A stretch of DNA of 64,000 nucleotides from Polaribacter sp. (lineage in GTDB: Bacteria; Bacteroidota; Bacteroidia; Flavobacteriales; Flavobacteriaceae): positions 15,263 to 79,262 of the forward strand of contig JALQYN010000022.1 in NCBI GenBank assembly GCA_023254055.1, read 5' to 3'. This document shows, piece by piece, positions 49,901 to 60,153 of the stretch. Under the pieces are notes generated by a model. The model was not told the DNA's origin. It did not search any database and worked only from the letters and a program-made list of their open reading frames with translations. The translations under genes were made by a program, and so were the position numbers. Each line of letters opens with the position of its first letter. Within the stretch, counting starts at the first letter, position 1.

Positions 49901-52306
49901 ATGACTAGAAGAATTAAAAAAGTTGCCATCATTGGTTCTGGGATTATGGGAAGCGGTATTGCTTGTCATTTTGCCAATATTGGTGTAGAAGTGCTTTTAT
50001 TAGACATCGTTCCTAGAGAATTAAACGACAAAGAAAAAGCAAAAGGATTGACTTTAGAAGATAAAATGGTTCGTAATCGTTTAGTAAACGATGCGTTAAT
50101 GACTTCATTAAAGTCGAAGCCATCACCTATATATTCTCAAAAATTTGCAGACAGGATTACTACTGGAAATATAGAGGATGATTTGCATTTGATAAAAGAG
50201 GTAGATTGGGTAATGGAAGTTGTTGTGGAGCGTTTAGACATCAAACAACAAGTCTTTGAAAAAATTGAAAAATTTAGAACTCCAGGAACCATTATTTCTT
50301 CTAATACTTCTGGTATTCCAATTCATTTTATGAATGAAGGAAGAAGTGATGATTTTCAACAGCATTTTGCTGTCACTCACTTTTTCAACCCACCCAGATA
50401 TTTAAAGCTTTTTGAAGTAGTTCCGGGTCCAAATTGCAAACCAGAAATTACAGATTTCTTAATGAATTACGGATCTAAATTTTTAGGTAAAACTTCGGTT
50501 TTAGCAAAAGACACTCCTGCTTTTATTGGAAATAGAATTGGAATTTTCGGAATCCAATCTTTATTTCATCAAGTAAAAGAATTAGGATTAACTGTTGAAG
50601 AAGTTGACAAATTAACGGGTCCGGTTATTGGTCGTCCAAAATCGGCAACCTTCAGAACTGTAGATGTTGTGGGTTTAGACACCTTAGTTCATGTTGCAAA
50701 TGGAATTTATGAAAACTGCCCTGAAGATGAAGCGCATGAATTATTCAAACTTCCAAGTTTCATCAAAACCATGATGGAAAATAAATGGCTAGGAAGTAAA
50801 ACTGGGCAAGGTTTTTATAAAAAATCTGTAGACGCTAATGGTAAAAAAGAAATCTTAACATTAGATTTAGATACCTTAGAATACAGAGCAAATAAAAGAG
50901 CAAAATTTGCAACCTTAGAGTTGACAAAAACAATCGATAAACCGATTGATAGATTTAAAGTATTGGTTAGTGGTAAGGACAAAGCTGGGGAGTTTTATAG
51001 AAAAAATTTCTCAGCAATGTTCGAATATGTTTCGAATCGAATTCCAGAAATTTCTGATGAAGTATACAGAATTGATGATGCCATGAAAGCTGGTTTTGGT
51101 TGGGAAAATGGACCTTTCGAAATTTGGGATGCTATTGGTGTAGAAAAAGGAATTGAAATTATGAAAGCAGAAGGTAAAACTCCTGCGCCTTGGGTATCAG
51201 ATATGTTATCAAATGGCTCAACATCTTTCTATTCTGTTAAAGATGGAGCAACCTATTATTATGACATCCCTGCTAAAACTCAAACTAAAAAACCTGGGCA
51301 AGATGCCTTTATCATTTTAGATAATATTCGTAAATCAAACGAAGTGTTTAAAAACTCTGGAGTTGTCATTGAAGATTTAGGAGACGGGATCTTAAACTGT
51401 GAATTCCAATCGAAAATGAATACCATTGGTGGTGATGTGTTGGCAGGAATCAATAAAGCAATAGATTTAGCTGAAAAAGATTTTCAAGGTTTAGTGATTG
51501 GAAATCAAGCAGCCAACTTCTCTGTTGGAGCCAATATTGGTATGATTTTTATGATGGCTGTTGAGCAAGAATATGATGAACTCAATATGGCTATCAAATA
51601 CTTCCAAGACACCATGATGCGTATGCGTTACTCTTCTATTCCTACTATATCTGCTCCTCATGGAATGGCTTTAGGTGGTGGATGTGAGTTATCTATGCAC
51701 GCAGATAAAGTAGTAGCAGCAGCAGAAACCTATATCGGATTGGTAGAATTTGGAGTTGGTGTAATCCCTGGTGGTGGTGGGTCTAAGGAAATGGCTTTAA
51801 GAGCTCAAGATTTATTTCACAAAGGAGATGTACAACTAAACGTTTTACAAGAACATTTCTTAACAATTGGAATGGCTAAAGTAGCCACTTCTGCTTATGA
51901 AGCTTTTGATTTGGGAATTTTGCAAAAAGGAAAAGATATTGTGGTAGTAAACAAAGACAGACAAATTGCTGAAGCTAAAAAGCATGCAGTATTAATGGCT
52001 GAAGCTGGTTATACACAACCTGTAAAACGTAAAGATGTATTGGTTTTAGGAAAACAAGCATTGGGAATGTTCTTAGTAGGTACTGACTCTATGGAGGCTA
52101 GTAACTATATCTCAGAACACGATCAGAAAATAGCCAACAAGTTGGCTTATGTTATGGCAGGTGGAGATTTATCTGAACCAACTAGAGTTTCTGAACAATA
52201 CTTATTAGATATTGAGCGCGAAGCTTTCTTAAGTCTATGTACAGAAAGAAAAACATTAGAACGAATTCAACACATGTTAAAAACTGGTAAACCATTGCGC
52301 AACTAA
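49901..52306 (+). CDS. 3-hydroxyacyl-CoA dehydrogenase/enoyl-CoA hydratase (FadN-like)
   Basis: GSGIMG, SNTSG, HFFNP; C-terminal crotonase GGGCE. Confidence 0.93.
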   Translation: MTRRIKKVAIIGSGIMGSGIACHFANIGVEVLLLDIVPRELNDKEKAKGLTLEDKMVRNRLVNDALMTSLKSKPSPIYSQKFADRITTGNIEDDLHLIKEVDWVMEVVVERLDIKQQVFEKIEKFRTPGTIISSNTSGIPIHFMNEGRSDDFQQHFAVTHFFNPPRYLKLFEVVPGPNCKPEITDFLMNYGSKFLGKTSVLAKDTPAFIGNRIGIFGIQSLFHQVKELGLTVEEVDKLTGPVIGRPKSATFRTVDVVGLDTLVHVANGIYENCPEDEAHELFKLPSFIKTMMENKWLGSKTGQGFYKKSVDANGKKEILTLDLDTLEYRANKRAKFATLELTKTIDKPIDRFKVLVSGKDKAGEFYRKNFSAMFEYVSNRIPEISDEVYRIDDAMKAGFGWENGPFEIWDAIGVEKGIEIMKAEGKTPAPWVSDMLSNGSTSFYSVKDGATYYYDIPAKTQTKKPGQDAFIILDNIRKSNEVFKNSGVVIEDLGDGILNCEFQSKMNTIGGDVLAGINKAIDLAEKDFQGLVIGNQAANFSVGANIGMIFMMAVEQEYDELNMAIKYFQDTMMRMRYSSIPTISAPHGMALGGGCELSMHADKVVAAAETYIGLVEFGVGVIPGGGGSKEMALRAQDLFHKGDVQLNVLQEHFLTIGMAKVATSAYEAFDLGILQKGKDIVVVNKDRQIAEAKKHAVLMAEAGYTQPVKRKDVLVLGKQALGMFLVGTDSMEASNYISEHDQKIANKLAYVMAGGDLSEPTRVSEQYLLDIEREAFLSLCTERKTLERIQHMLKTGKPLRN

Positions 52307-52380
52307 AGTTGCGAGTGTTTAATTATTAGTTTTTAGTTACGAGTAAAAACTCAAAACTTAAAACTAAGCACTAAAAACTA
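52306..52380. repeat. Head-to-head degenerate heptamer arrays
   Basis: AAGTTGC GAGTGTT TAATTAT TAGTTTT TAGTTAC, then AAAACTC AAAACTT AAAACTA AGCACTA AAAACTA (reverse complement of TAGTTTT). Confidence 0.7.
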
Positions 52381-52385
52381 AATTT

Positions 52386-53576
52386 ATGAAAACAGCATAT
52401 ATAGTAAAAGCATACAGAACAGCAGTTGGAAAAGCTCCTAAAGGTGTTTTCCGTTTTAAAAGAACAGACGAATTGGCTGCTGAGACCATTAAATACATGA
52501 TGGATGAATTGCCAAACTTTGACAAAACTCGTATTGATGATGTAATTGTTGGTAATGCAATGCCTGAAGGCTCTCAAGGATTAAACATGGGACGATTAAT
52601 CTCTTTAATGGGTTTAGACATCGTAGATGTTCCTGGTGTAACCGTAAATCGTTTTTGTTCTTCTGGATTAGAAACTATCGGAATGGCAACAGCTAAAATT
52701 CAGGCTGGTATGGCAGACTGTATCATTGCAGGTGGAGCAGAAAGTATGAGTGCAGTTCCGATGACTGGATTTAAACCAGAACTGAATTATGATCTCGTAA
52801 ATGCAGGTCATGAAGAATATTATTGGGGAATGGGAAATACTGCAGAAGCTGTTGCAAATCAATTTAAAGTTTCTAGAGAAGACCAAGATGAATTTGCATA
52901 CAATTCTCATATGAAAGCGTTAAAAGCGCAAGCAGAAAATCGCTTTCAAGATCAAATTGTCCCTATCAATGTTGAACAAACATTTATTGATACAAATGGC
53001 AAAAAAGCAACAAAATCGTATACTGTTACTAAAGATGAAGGGCCTAGAGCAGGAACAAGTAAAGAAGCGTTGGCTAAACTAAGAGCTGTGTTTGCTCAAG
53101 GTGGTAGCGTAACGGCTGGTAACTCTTCTCAAATGAGTGATGGAGCCGCTTTTGTTTTAATCATGAGTGAAGATATGGTGAAAGAGTTAAATCTAGAACC
53201 GATTGCTCGTATGGTAAATTATGCTGCAGCTGGTGTAGAACCTAGAATTATGGGAATCGGACCTGTAGCTGCAATTCCGAAAGTATTAAAACAAGCAGGG
53301 CTAAAACAAAACGATATTGAGTTGATTGAATTGAACGAAGCATTTGCTTCTCAATCGTTAGCTGTAATGCGTGAATTAAATTTGAATCAAGACATCGTTA
53401 ATGTAAACGGTGGTGCAATAGCGTTGGGTCATCCTTTAGGTTGTACTGGTGCGAAATTATCGGTGCAATTATTTGATGAAATGCGCAAAAGAAAAATGAC
53501 AGGGAAATACGGTATGGTTACCATGTGTGTTGGAACTGGGCAAGGTGCTGCAGGAATTTATGAATTTTTAAAGTAG
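52386..53576 (+). CDS. fadA: Acetyl-CoA C-acyltransferase (thiolase)
   Basis: NRFCSSG, NEAF, GHPLG and CVGTGQG motifs. Confidence 0.94.
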   Translation: MKTAYIVKAYRTAVGKAPKGVFRFKRTDELAAETIKYMMDELPNFDKTRIDDVIVGNAMPEGSQGLNMGRLISLMGLDIVDVPGVTVNRFCSSGLETIGMATAKIQAGMADCIIAGGAESMSAVPMTGFKPELNYDLVNAGHEEYYWGMGNTAEAVANQFKVSREDQDEFAYNSHMKALKAQAENRFQDQIVPINVEQTFIDTNGKKATKSYTVTKDEGPRAGTSKEALAKLRAVFAQGGSVTAGNSSQMSDGAAFVLIMSEDMVKELNLEPIARMVNYAAAGVEPRIMGIGPVAAIPKVLKQAGLKQNDIELIELNEAFASQSLAVMRELNLNQDIVNVNGGAIALGHPLGCTGAKLSVQLFDEMRKRKMTGKYGMVTMCVGTGQGAAGIYEFLK

Positions 53577-53580
53577 TTTA

Positions 53581-53704
53581 AGAGTAACAAAATATCAGGG
53601 TCACAAAGTGGCAAAGTCAAAAAATAAAAATAAAAAATGATTTCAAGAATTCGGTCAAGACAAAAAAGTACACGTCTTGGTTCTCGTTTCTTGTTTCTTA
53701 AATC
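53581..53704. repeat. Degenerate octamer array plus heptamer inverted array
   Basis: AGAGTAAC AAAATATC AGGGTCAC AAAGTGGC AAAGTC; then CAAGAAT..CAAGA facing TCTTGGT TCTCGTT TCTTGTT TCTTAAA. Confidence 0.55.
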
Positions 53705-53713
53705 AAAAAGATT

Positions 53714-55522
53714 ATGAGCACAGAAAAAAAAGAATTACTTAGAGGAGGTCAATTCCTCGTAAAAGAAACAAGTTGTGACGATGTGTTTACTCCAGAAGAT
53801 TTTTCTGAAGAACAAACCATGATGAAAGAAGCTGTGATGGAGTTTAATGATCGTGAGATCATTCCTCATAAAGCAAGATTCGAAGCAAAAGATTATGCCT
53901 TAACTGAAGAAGTGATGCGTAAAGCTGGTGAATTAGGATTTTTAGGGGTTGCTGTTCCAGAAGCTTATGGTGGATTGGGAATGGGCTTTGTTTCTACACT
54001 ATTAACCTGTGACTATATTTCTAGTGGAACAGGATCATTCAGTACAGCATTTGGAGCACATACTGGAATAGGAACATTACCAATTACCTTATACGGAACA
54101 GAAGAACAAAAACAAAAATATGTTCCAAAATTAGCTTCCGGTGAATGGTTTGGATCTTATTGTTTAACAGAGCCTGGAGCAGGTTCTGATGCTAATTCAG
54201 GTAAAACAACTGCAACCTTATCCGAAGATGGGAAAAGTTACAAAATCAACGGTCAAAAAATGTGGATTTCTAATGCAGGTTTTTGTCGTTTGATGATTGT
54301 TTTTGCTCGTATTGAAGATGATAAAAATATTACTGGATTCATTATCGAATTTGATAAAGAAAATCCAAACGGAATCACATTGGGTGAAGAAGAGCATAAA
54401 TTAGGAATTCGTGCAAGTTCTACCCGTCAAGTATTTTTTAACGACACTGTAGTTCCAATAGAAAATATGTTAGCAGGACGTGGTGAAGGATTTAAAATTG
54501 CCATGAATGCATTAAATGTTGGTCGTATTAAATTGGCTGGTGCTTGTTTAGATTCGCAACGTCGAATATTAACAACAGCTGTAAATTATGCCAATGAGCG
54601 TAAACAATTTAAAACTCCTATTTCAAATTTTGGTGCTATCAAAGTGAAACTAGCTGAAATGGCAACAAATGCATATGTTGGAGAATCTGCAACCTATAGA
54701 GCTGCTAAAGACATAGAAGACAGAATTGCTTTAAGAGTTGAAGCTGGAAACACGCACCAAGAAGCTGAGTTAAAAGGTGTTGAAGAATATGCAATAGAAT
54801 GTTCTATTCTAAAAGTTGCGGTTTCTGAAGATGTACAAAATTGTGCTGATGAAGGAATTCAGATTTTTGGAGGAATGGGATTCTCTGAAGAAACTCCGAT
54901 GGAAGCTGCCTGGAGAGATGCTAGAATTGCTCGTATTTATGAAGGAACCAATGAGATTAACAGAATGCTTTCTGTAGGAATGCTAGTTAAAAAAGCGATG
55001 AAAGGTCATGTAGATTTATTAGGTCCTGCAATGAAAGTTCAAGAAGATTTAATGGGAATTCCTTCTTTTGATACGCCTGATTATTCTGAACTATTTTCAG
55101 AAGAAAAAGAAATGATAGCAAAGATGAAAAAAACATTTTTGATGGTGGCAGGAGCTGCTGTTCAAAAATATGGACCAGATTTAGAGCAACATCAACAATT
55201 ATTAATTGCTGCTGCAGATATCTTAATTGAAATTTACATGGCAGAATCAGCTATTTTAAGAACAGAAAAGAATGCTAAGCGTTTCGGAGAAAAAGAACAA
55301 TCTGTGCAAATTGCGATGTCTAAATTGTACTTGTATCACGCAGTAGATATTATAGAAGAAAAAGGAAAAGAAAGTATTATTTCTTTTGCAGAAGGAGATG
55401 AACAACGTATGATGTTAATGGGATTAAAGCGTTTCACTAAATACGCTAATTACCCAGATATTGTTGATTTACGTAAAGAAATTTCTGAAAAAATAAAATC
55501 AGAAAACAAATATTGTTTTTAA
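53714..55522 (+). CDS. Acyl-CoA dehydrogenase
   Basis: LTEPGAGSD, NGQKMWISN, RKQF, QIFGGMG and IYEGTNEI motifs. Confidence 0.95.
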   Translation: MSTEKKELLRGGQFLVKETSCDDVFTPEDFSEEQTMMKEAVMEFNDREIIPHKARFEAKDYALTEEVMRKAGELGFLGVAVPEAYGGLGMGFVSTLLTCDYISSGTGSFSTAFGAHTGIGTLPITLYGTEEQKQKYVPKLASGEWFGSYCLTEPGAGSDANSGKTTATLSEDGKSYKINGQKMWISNAGFCRLMIVFARIEDDKNITGFIIEFDKENPNGITLGEEEHKLGIRASSTRQVFFNDTVVPIENMLAGRGEGFKIAMNALNVGRIKLAGACLDSQRRILTTAVNYANERKQFKTPISNFGAIKVKLAEMATNAYVGESATYRAAKDIEDRIALRVEAGNTHQEAELKGVEEYAIECSILKVAVSEDVQNCADEGIQIFGGMGFSEETPMEAAWRDARIARIYEGTNEINRMLSVGMLVKKAMKGHVDLLGPAMKVQEDLMGIPSFDTPDYSELFSEEKEMIAKMKKTFLMVAGAAVQKYGPDLEQHQQLLIAAADILIEIYMAESAILRTEKNAKRFGEKEQSVQIAMSKLYLYHAVDIIEEKGKESIISFAEGDEQRMMLMGLKRFTKYANYPDIVDLRKEISEKIKSENKYCF

Positions 55523-55629
55523 AATTAAGAAGGTGAATAGTCTTTTCTAATAAACACTCAAGAAAGAGATTACGACACTTTAATAAGAGCTTCTTAAACT
55601 ATATAAGTTTTAGAATTTAGTTGTTTGTT

Positions 55630-55659
55630 AAAATGGCGCTATTTTTAGCGTCATTTTTT
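55630..55659 (+). terminator. Intrinsic terminator of the fad operon
   Basis: AAAATGGCGCTA-TTTT-TAGCGTCATTTTTT. Confidence 0.75.
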
Positions 55660-55813
55660 ATACACAAAAGTATCTGACTTATAAATATAGATCCTCATTA
55701 ATTGCAATGACATTTAACTACTAAGGGTAATTTTTTGTATTATTGTTATACTAATTTACTGTTTTTCAACAGTAAATAAATGATGTATTTAATTTCTATA
55801 GTTTAATTACAAA

Positions 55814-57580
55814 ATGATAAGAAAACCTTTATTCTATCTATTTTTAGTCCTTTTAGCAGCGCTATTATACTTTAATCCTAATCTTAAAACCATTTTAGCA
55901 GGGGTTGCTGTATTGCTTTTTGGTATGATAATGTTAGAAGAAGGATTTAAGGTTTTTACAAAAGGCCCACTTCAAAATGTTTTAAAAAAAGCAACCAACA
56001 AGTTATACAAAAGTATTTCTATAGGAGCTTTTGTTACTGCATTGATTCAATCTAGCTCATTAGTTTCTGTAATTACAATCTCTTTTATTAGTGCTGGATT
56101 GATTAGCCTCTCTGGGGGAATTGGATTAATCTTCGGAGCTAACATAGGAACAACTGCTACAGCCTGGCTTGTTGCAGGTTTCGGATTAAAAATTAAAATT
56201 TCTGCTCTTGCATTACCCATGTTGGTTTTTGGAATTGTTTTTTCATTTCAAAAGAAAATCGAGTTAAAAGGAATTGGAAATGTGCTTGCTGGGTTAGGTT
56301 TTTTCTTTTTAGGTATTCATTACATGAAAGAAGGTTTTGATGTTTTTAAAGAATTTATCGATTTAAAACAATATGCAATGTCTGGATTCTTAGGTGTTGT
56401 TGTGTATACAGGTATTGGAATTTTCATCACCACCATACTACAATCAAGTAGTGCCACAATGGCTTTAATTTTAACAGCGTTATCTGCTGGGCAAATTGAA
56501 TATGAAAATGCACTTGCATTGGCTATTGGGGCCAATATAGGAACGACAATTACTGCAGTTTTAGGCTCTTTAAGCTCTAATATTGCTGGCAAAAGATTAG
56601 CAGCTGCCCATTTAATATTTAATGTTGTTACGGGGGTTGTTGCTTTATTAGGAATTTATTTACTATCTGACTTAGTTAATATTATCTCAGATTTTGTTCA
56701 CATCGCTAAAAATGATTACGCACTAAAACTAGCTGTTTTCCATACAATATTTAATGTTCTAGGTGTTTTAATAATGATTCCTTTCATAGCAAAACTTGAG
56801 AAGTTTTTAATTAGAACATTTAAAGAACGAACAAATAAAGGCGTTGAAGAACCTAAATATCTTAATGAAGCGGTGTTAGAATTTCCGGGCTCTGTGATCT
56901 CTGCTTTAATTAATGAATCTAAATATCTATATAAAAATGCTATTTTCGAAATTGTTGCTCATGCTTTAAATATTCATAGAGAAGACATAAAATCAACAGA
57001 AGAAATTACAGAGATTGTTAAAAAATCTACTAAAGATTTAAATATTAATGTAGATGAACTTTACTATACAAAAGTAAAAACTATTTATGGAGAGATAATT
57101 AAATATGCTGCTACTGCCCAAAGTAAATTAACTCTTAATAAAACAGAAAATAAATCTATTTCAGACATTAAAATTGCCAATCGTAAAATGATTGAAATCA
57201 TTAAAGATGTTAAAGAGTTAAATAGAAATATAACATCAACTGCTAATTTTAATAATCCTTATTTAAAAGAAGAGTATGATGGGTTTAGACAAAAATTAAC
57301 AAAAGTACTGCGCACTATTTATTGGTTTAGAAAAGAAGAAGACAATGTAAAATACGCAGAAATTCTTTCGAAATTAAAAACAGAAGCTAAACATAATTAT
57401 AGACACACCAGTAAATCTATAGATAACTTAATTCGAAAAGATTTAATTACTGCAGAAAATGCATCTTCGTTGTTTAACGACTATTCAAATGTAAATGACA
57501 TCACTAAAAAATTAATTAATGTTGCAGAACTATTATATGGTAAAACAGATACGTTGTTAGAAGATGACATAGAGAAATAA
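55814..57580 (+). CDS. Na/Pi cotransporter family protein with PhoU-like C-terminus
   Basis: Two QSSS motifs and two GANIGTT motifs. Confidence 0.92.
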   Translation: MIRKPLFYLFLVLLAALLYFNPNLKTILAGVAVLLFGMIMLEEGFKVFTKGPLQNVLKKATNKLYKSISIGAFVTALIQSSSLVSVITISFISAGLISLSGGIGLIFGANIGTTATAWLVAGFGLKIKISALALPMLVFGIVFSFQKKIELKGIGNVLAGLGFFFLGIHYMKEGFDVFKEFIDLKQYAMSGFLGVVVYTGIGIFITTILQSSSATMALILTALSAGQIEYENALALAIGANIGTTITAVLGSLSSNIAGKRLAAAHLIFNVVTGVVALLGIYLLSDLVNIISDFVHIAKNDYALKLAVFHTIFNVLGVLIMIPFIAKLEKFLIRTFKERTNKGVEEPKYLNEAVLEFPGSVISALINESKYLYKNAIFEIVAHALNIHREDIKSTEEITEIVKKSTKDLNINVDELYYTKVKTIYGEIIKYAATAQSKLTLNKTENKSISDIKIANRKMIEIIKDVKELNRNITSTANFNNPYLKEEYDGFRQKLTKVLRTIYWFRKEEDNVKYAEILSKLKTEAKHNYRHTSKSIDNLIRKDLITAENASSLFNDYSNVNDITKKLINVAELLYGKTDTLLEDDIEK

Positions 57581-57608
57581 AAAAAGAGGTTGTAAAACAA
57601 CCTCTTTA
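57581..57608. terminator. Terminator between convergent genes
   Basis: AAAGAGGTTGT-AAA-ACAACCTCTTT. Confidence 0.75.
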
Positions 57609-57629
57609 TATTATAAGACTTTCTTTTTG

Positions 57630-58568
57630 TTATTCTAAAGCTCCTAAATAGCGTTCTGCATCTAAAGCAGCCATACAGCCAGTTCCTGCAGCAGTTACAG
57701 CTTGCCTGTATTCTTTATCTTGCACATCTCCTGCAGCAAAAACTCCAGGTAAATTTGTCTTAGTAGATTTTCCTTTGGTAATTAAATATCCGGTCTCGTC
57801 CATATCTAAAATCCCTTTAAAGATATCTGTATTGGGTTTGTGACCAATCGCAATGAAAACTCCTGTTACAGGAATATCAGTTTTTTCTCCTGTTTTATTA
57901 TTTACAGCTCTAACCCCTTCAACTACATTGTCTCCTAATACTTCATCAATTTCAGAGTTATATAGCACTTCAATGTTTTTAGTTTTATGAACTCTATGCT
58001 GCATTGCTTTTGAAGCTCTCATAAAATCTTTACGAACTAGCATTGTTACTTTACTACAAATATTTGCTAGATAAGTTGCTTCCTCTGCTGCAGTATCTCC
58101 TGCTCCTACTACAACAACCTCTTGTCCTTTGTAAAAGAAACCATCACAAGTTGCACATGCAGAAACTCCTCCTCCAATTAAACGCTGTTCACTTTCTATT
58201 CCCAAATATTTTGCTGTAGCTCCTGTAGATATAATTACAGTTTCTGCCTCAATCTCAATAGATTCATCCACAATAACTTTATGTATTCCGCCTACTTCAG
58301 TATTAAAATCTACTTTAGTTACCATTCCAAAACGTACTTCCGTACCAAAACGTTCCGCCTGTTTTTGCAAATCGTTCATCATTGCAGTTCCATCTGTCCC
58401 ATTAGGATATCCTGGAAAATTATCTACTTCTGTCGTTGTAGTCAATTGACCTCCCATTTGCATTCCGGTATACATAACTGGTTTCATATCTGCTCTTGCC
58501 GCATAAATAGCTGCTGAATATCCAGCAGGCCCAGAACCAATTATTAAACATTTTATTTTTTCTGCCAT
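57630..58568 (-). CDS. trxB: Thioredoxin reductase
   Basis: GSGPAG, CATCDG, GAGDTA and FAAGD motifs. Confidence 0.97.
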   Translation of the reverse strand: MAEKIKCLIIGSGPAGYSAAIYAARADMKPVMYTGMQMGGQLTTTTEVDNFPGYPNGTDGTAMMNDLQKQAERFGTEVRFGMVTKVDFNTEVGGIHKVIVDESIEIEAETVIISTGATAKYLGIESEQRLIGGGVSACATCDGFFYKGQEVVVVGAGDTAAEEATYLANICSKVTMLVRKDFMRASKAMQHRVHKTKNIEVLYNSEIDEVLGDNVVEGVRAVNNKTGEKTDIPVTGVFIAIGHKPNTDIFKGILDMDETGYLITKGKSTKTNLPGVFAAGDVQDKEYRQAVTAAGTGCMAALDAERYLGALE

Positions 58569-58675
58569 TAGTATAAATTTTGTGAGTACAAATGTATTTT
58601 TTTTAAACCGTTTTTTGAAAGATATTATATGATAAATTAAAATAGTTTTATAACAAAAGTCAATAGTGGTGTTGA

Positions 58676-59788
58676 TTAATTTTTTGGAAGTATTCTTACA
58701 ATTCCTAAATTTTCAATGCCTGCATATAAGTAACCGTCATTTCCTTGTTCAATAGAGCGAACTCTACCCAAACCTTTTAGCATTTTTTCTTCTTTGACCA
58801 CTTTACCGTTTTTTAAAGTACAATACGATATGTATTGAAATTTTAAAGAACCTACTAATAAATTCCTTTTCCAACCTGGATATTTATCAGAATTTACAAA
58901 AGCCATTCCGCTTGGAGCTATAGAAGGAGTCCATTGATGTAAAGGTTGTTCCATTCCTGGTAAAGCTGTTTTATCAGTAAACTTAGTTCCACTATAATTG
59001 ATTCCGTAACTTATTGTTGGCCAACCATAATTTTTCCCTTTTCTAATGATATTTATCTCATCCCCTCCTCTTGGTCCATGCTCATGAGTCCAAATATCAC
59101 CTGTAAATGGATTGATTTCCATTCCTTGTGGATTTCTATGGCCGTAACTATAAATTGCTTTTTTAGCATTTTTTACATTTACAAACGGATTGTCTTTTGG
59201 AATTTTCCCATCATCGTGTAATCGATAAATTTTACCACAGTCTTTTGTAATATCTTGTGGATTTACATCTCTATTACCTCTATCACCTACACTGAAATAG
59301 AGATATCCTTTTTTATCAAAAGCAATTCTAGAACCAAAATGCTGTCCTCTTTTAGAATTTGGACTTGCTTTATACAAAACCTCATGATTGATTAATTTAG
59401 TGTTATTTAGTCTTGCTCTCATCAGTGTTGTATTTGCTCCCTCTCCTGCCCCTGTAGCAGATGCATATGTAAAATAGATCCATCCATTTTTCTCATAATT
59501 TGGATGTAATTCTATATCCATTAACCCTCCTTGACCTTGTACTTTTATTTTAGGTAGCCCGGTTATATTAATCTTTTTACCATTTTTAAAATGGGTTAAC
59601 TTCCCTTCTTTTTCGGTAATTAACATCGATTTATCCGGTAAAAAAGTAAAACCCCACGGAATCGTTAAATCAGAAACAACCAATTCATATTCTTTATTTT
59701 CTTGAGGCACATCTTTAATTTGTTTGATAAAACTAAGTAGTAAAACACACATTAAAAATACTCCAAAAATTAGTCTTAAATTTCTCAT
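58676..59788 (-). CDS. PQQ-dependent sugar dehydrogenase (soluble aldose dehydrogenase family)
   Basis: GQGGLMD, HFGSR, YGHRNPQG, EHGPRGGDE and IAPSG motifs. Confidence 0.9.
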   Translation of the reverse strand: MRNLRLIFGVFLMCVLLLSFIKQIKDVPQENKEYELVVSDLTIPWGFTFLPDKSMLITEKEGKLTHFKNGKKINITGLPKIKVQGQGGLMDIELHPNYEKNGWIYFTYASATGAGEGANTTLMRARLNNTKLINHEVLYKASPNSKRGQHFGSRIAFDKKGYLYFSVGDRGNRDVNPQDITKDCGKIYRLHDDGKIPKDNPFVNVKNAKKAIYSYGHRNPQGMEINPFTGDIWTHEHGPRGGDEINIIRKGKNYGWPTISYGINYSGTKFTDKTALPGMEQPLHQWTPSIAPSGMAFVNSDKYPGWKRNLLVGSLKFQYISYCTLKNGKVVKEEKMLKGLGRVRSIEQGNDGYLYAGIENLGIVRILPKN

Positions 59789-59917
59789 ATCATTGATTGT
59801 TTTTAAACTGAAAATGTTTTACAATATAGAAATAATATAGTATGTTTGCAATCCGAATATTTGGGGTGTAGTCTCTCTACTTTTTTCGAGATAAACTACT
59901 CAACAATTATACATCTT

Positions 59918-59992
59918 CGGGGTGTAGCGTAGCCCGGTCATCGCGCCTCGTTTGGGACGAGGAGGTCGCAGGTTCGAATCCTGCCACCCCGA
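59918..59992 (+). tRNA. tRNA-Pro(TGG), CCA not encoded
   Basis: Acceptor CGGGGTG/CACCCCG; anticodon arm CCTCG-TTTGGGA-CGAGG; T-arm GCAGG-TTCGAAT-CCTGC; upstream -7 box TATGTTTG (59841-59848). Confidence 0.96.
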
Positions 59993-60004
59993 CATAGAAA
60001 CAAT

Positions 60005-60033
60005 AGCCTTGTACGAAAGTATAGGGCTTTTTT
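60005..60033 (+). terminator. Terminator after tRNA-Pro
   Basis: AGCCTTGTAC-GAAA-GTATAGGGCT-TTTTT. Confidence 0.7.
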
Positions 60034-60153
60034 TAGTTTATGTGTAGAACTTGTTTTTAAGCAATAAACTAAAAAAGACCTTTTGAGCAAAGCGAAATAA
60101 GGTAATTTTCTATGAATCACACCCATAATTAGGATCACCGACTAAAAGAAGGT

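Noticed and set aside
55523-55630. Possible sRNA in the long 3' region after the acyl-CoA dehydrogenase
   Set aside because: Only a terminator is evident; no recognisable RNA family or promoter.
58600-58670. OxyR-type site upstream of trxB (and ahpC)
   Set aside because: Only partial ATAN-N7-NNAT matches in very AT-rich DNA; cannot be supported by eye.
59938-60138. 66-aa ORF over the tRNA
   Set aside because: Antisense translation of tRNA-Pro (GGRIRTCDLLVPNEAR is typical tRNA shadow).
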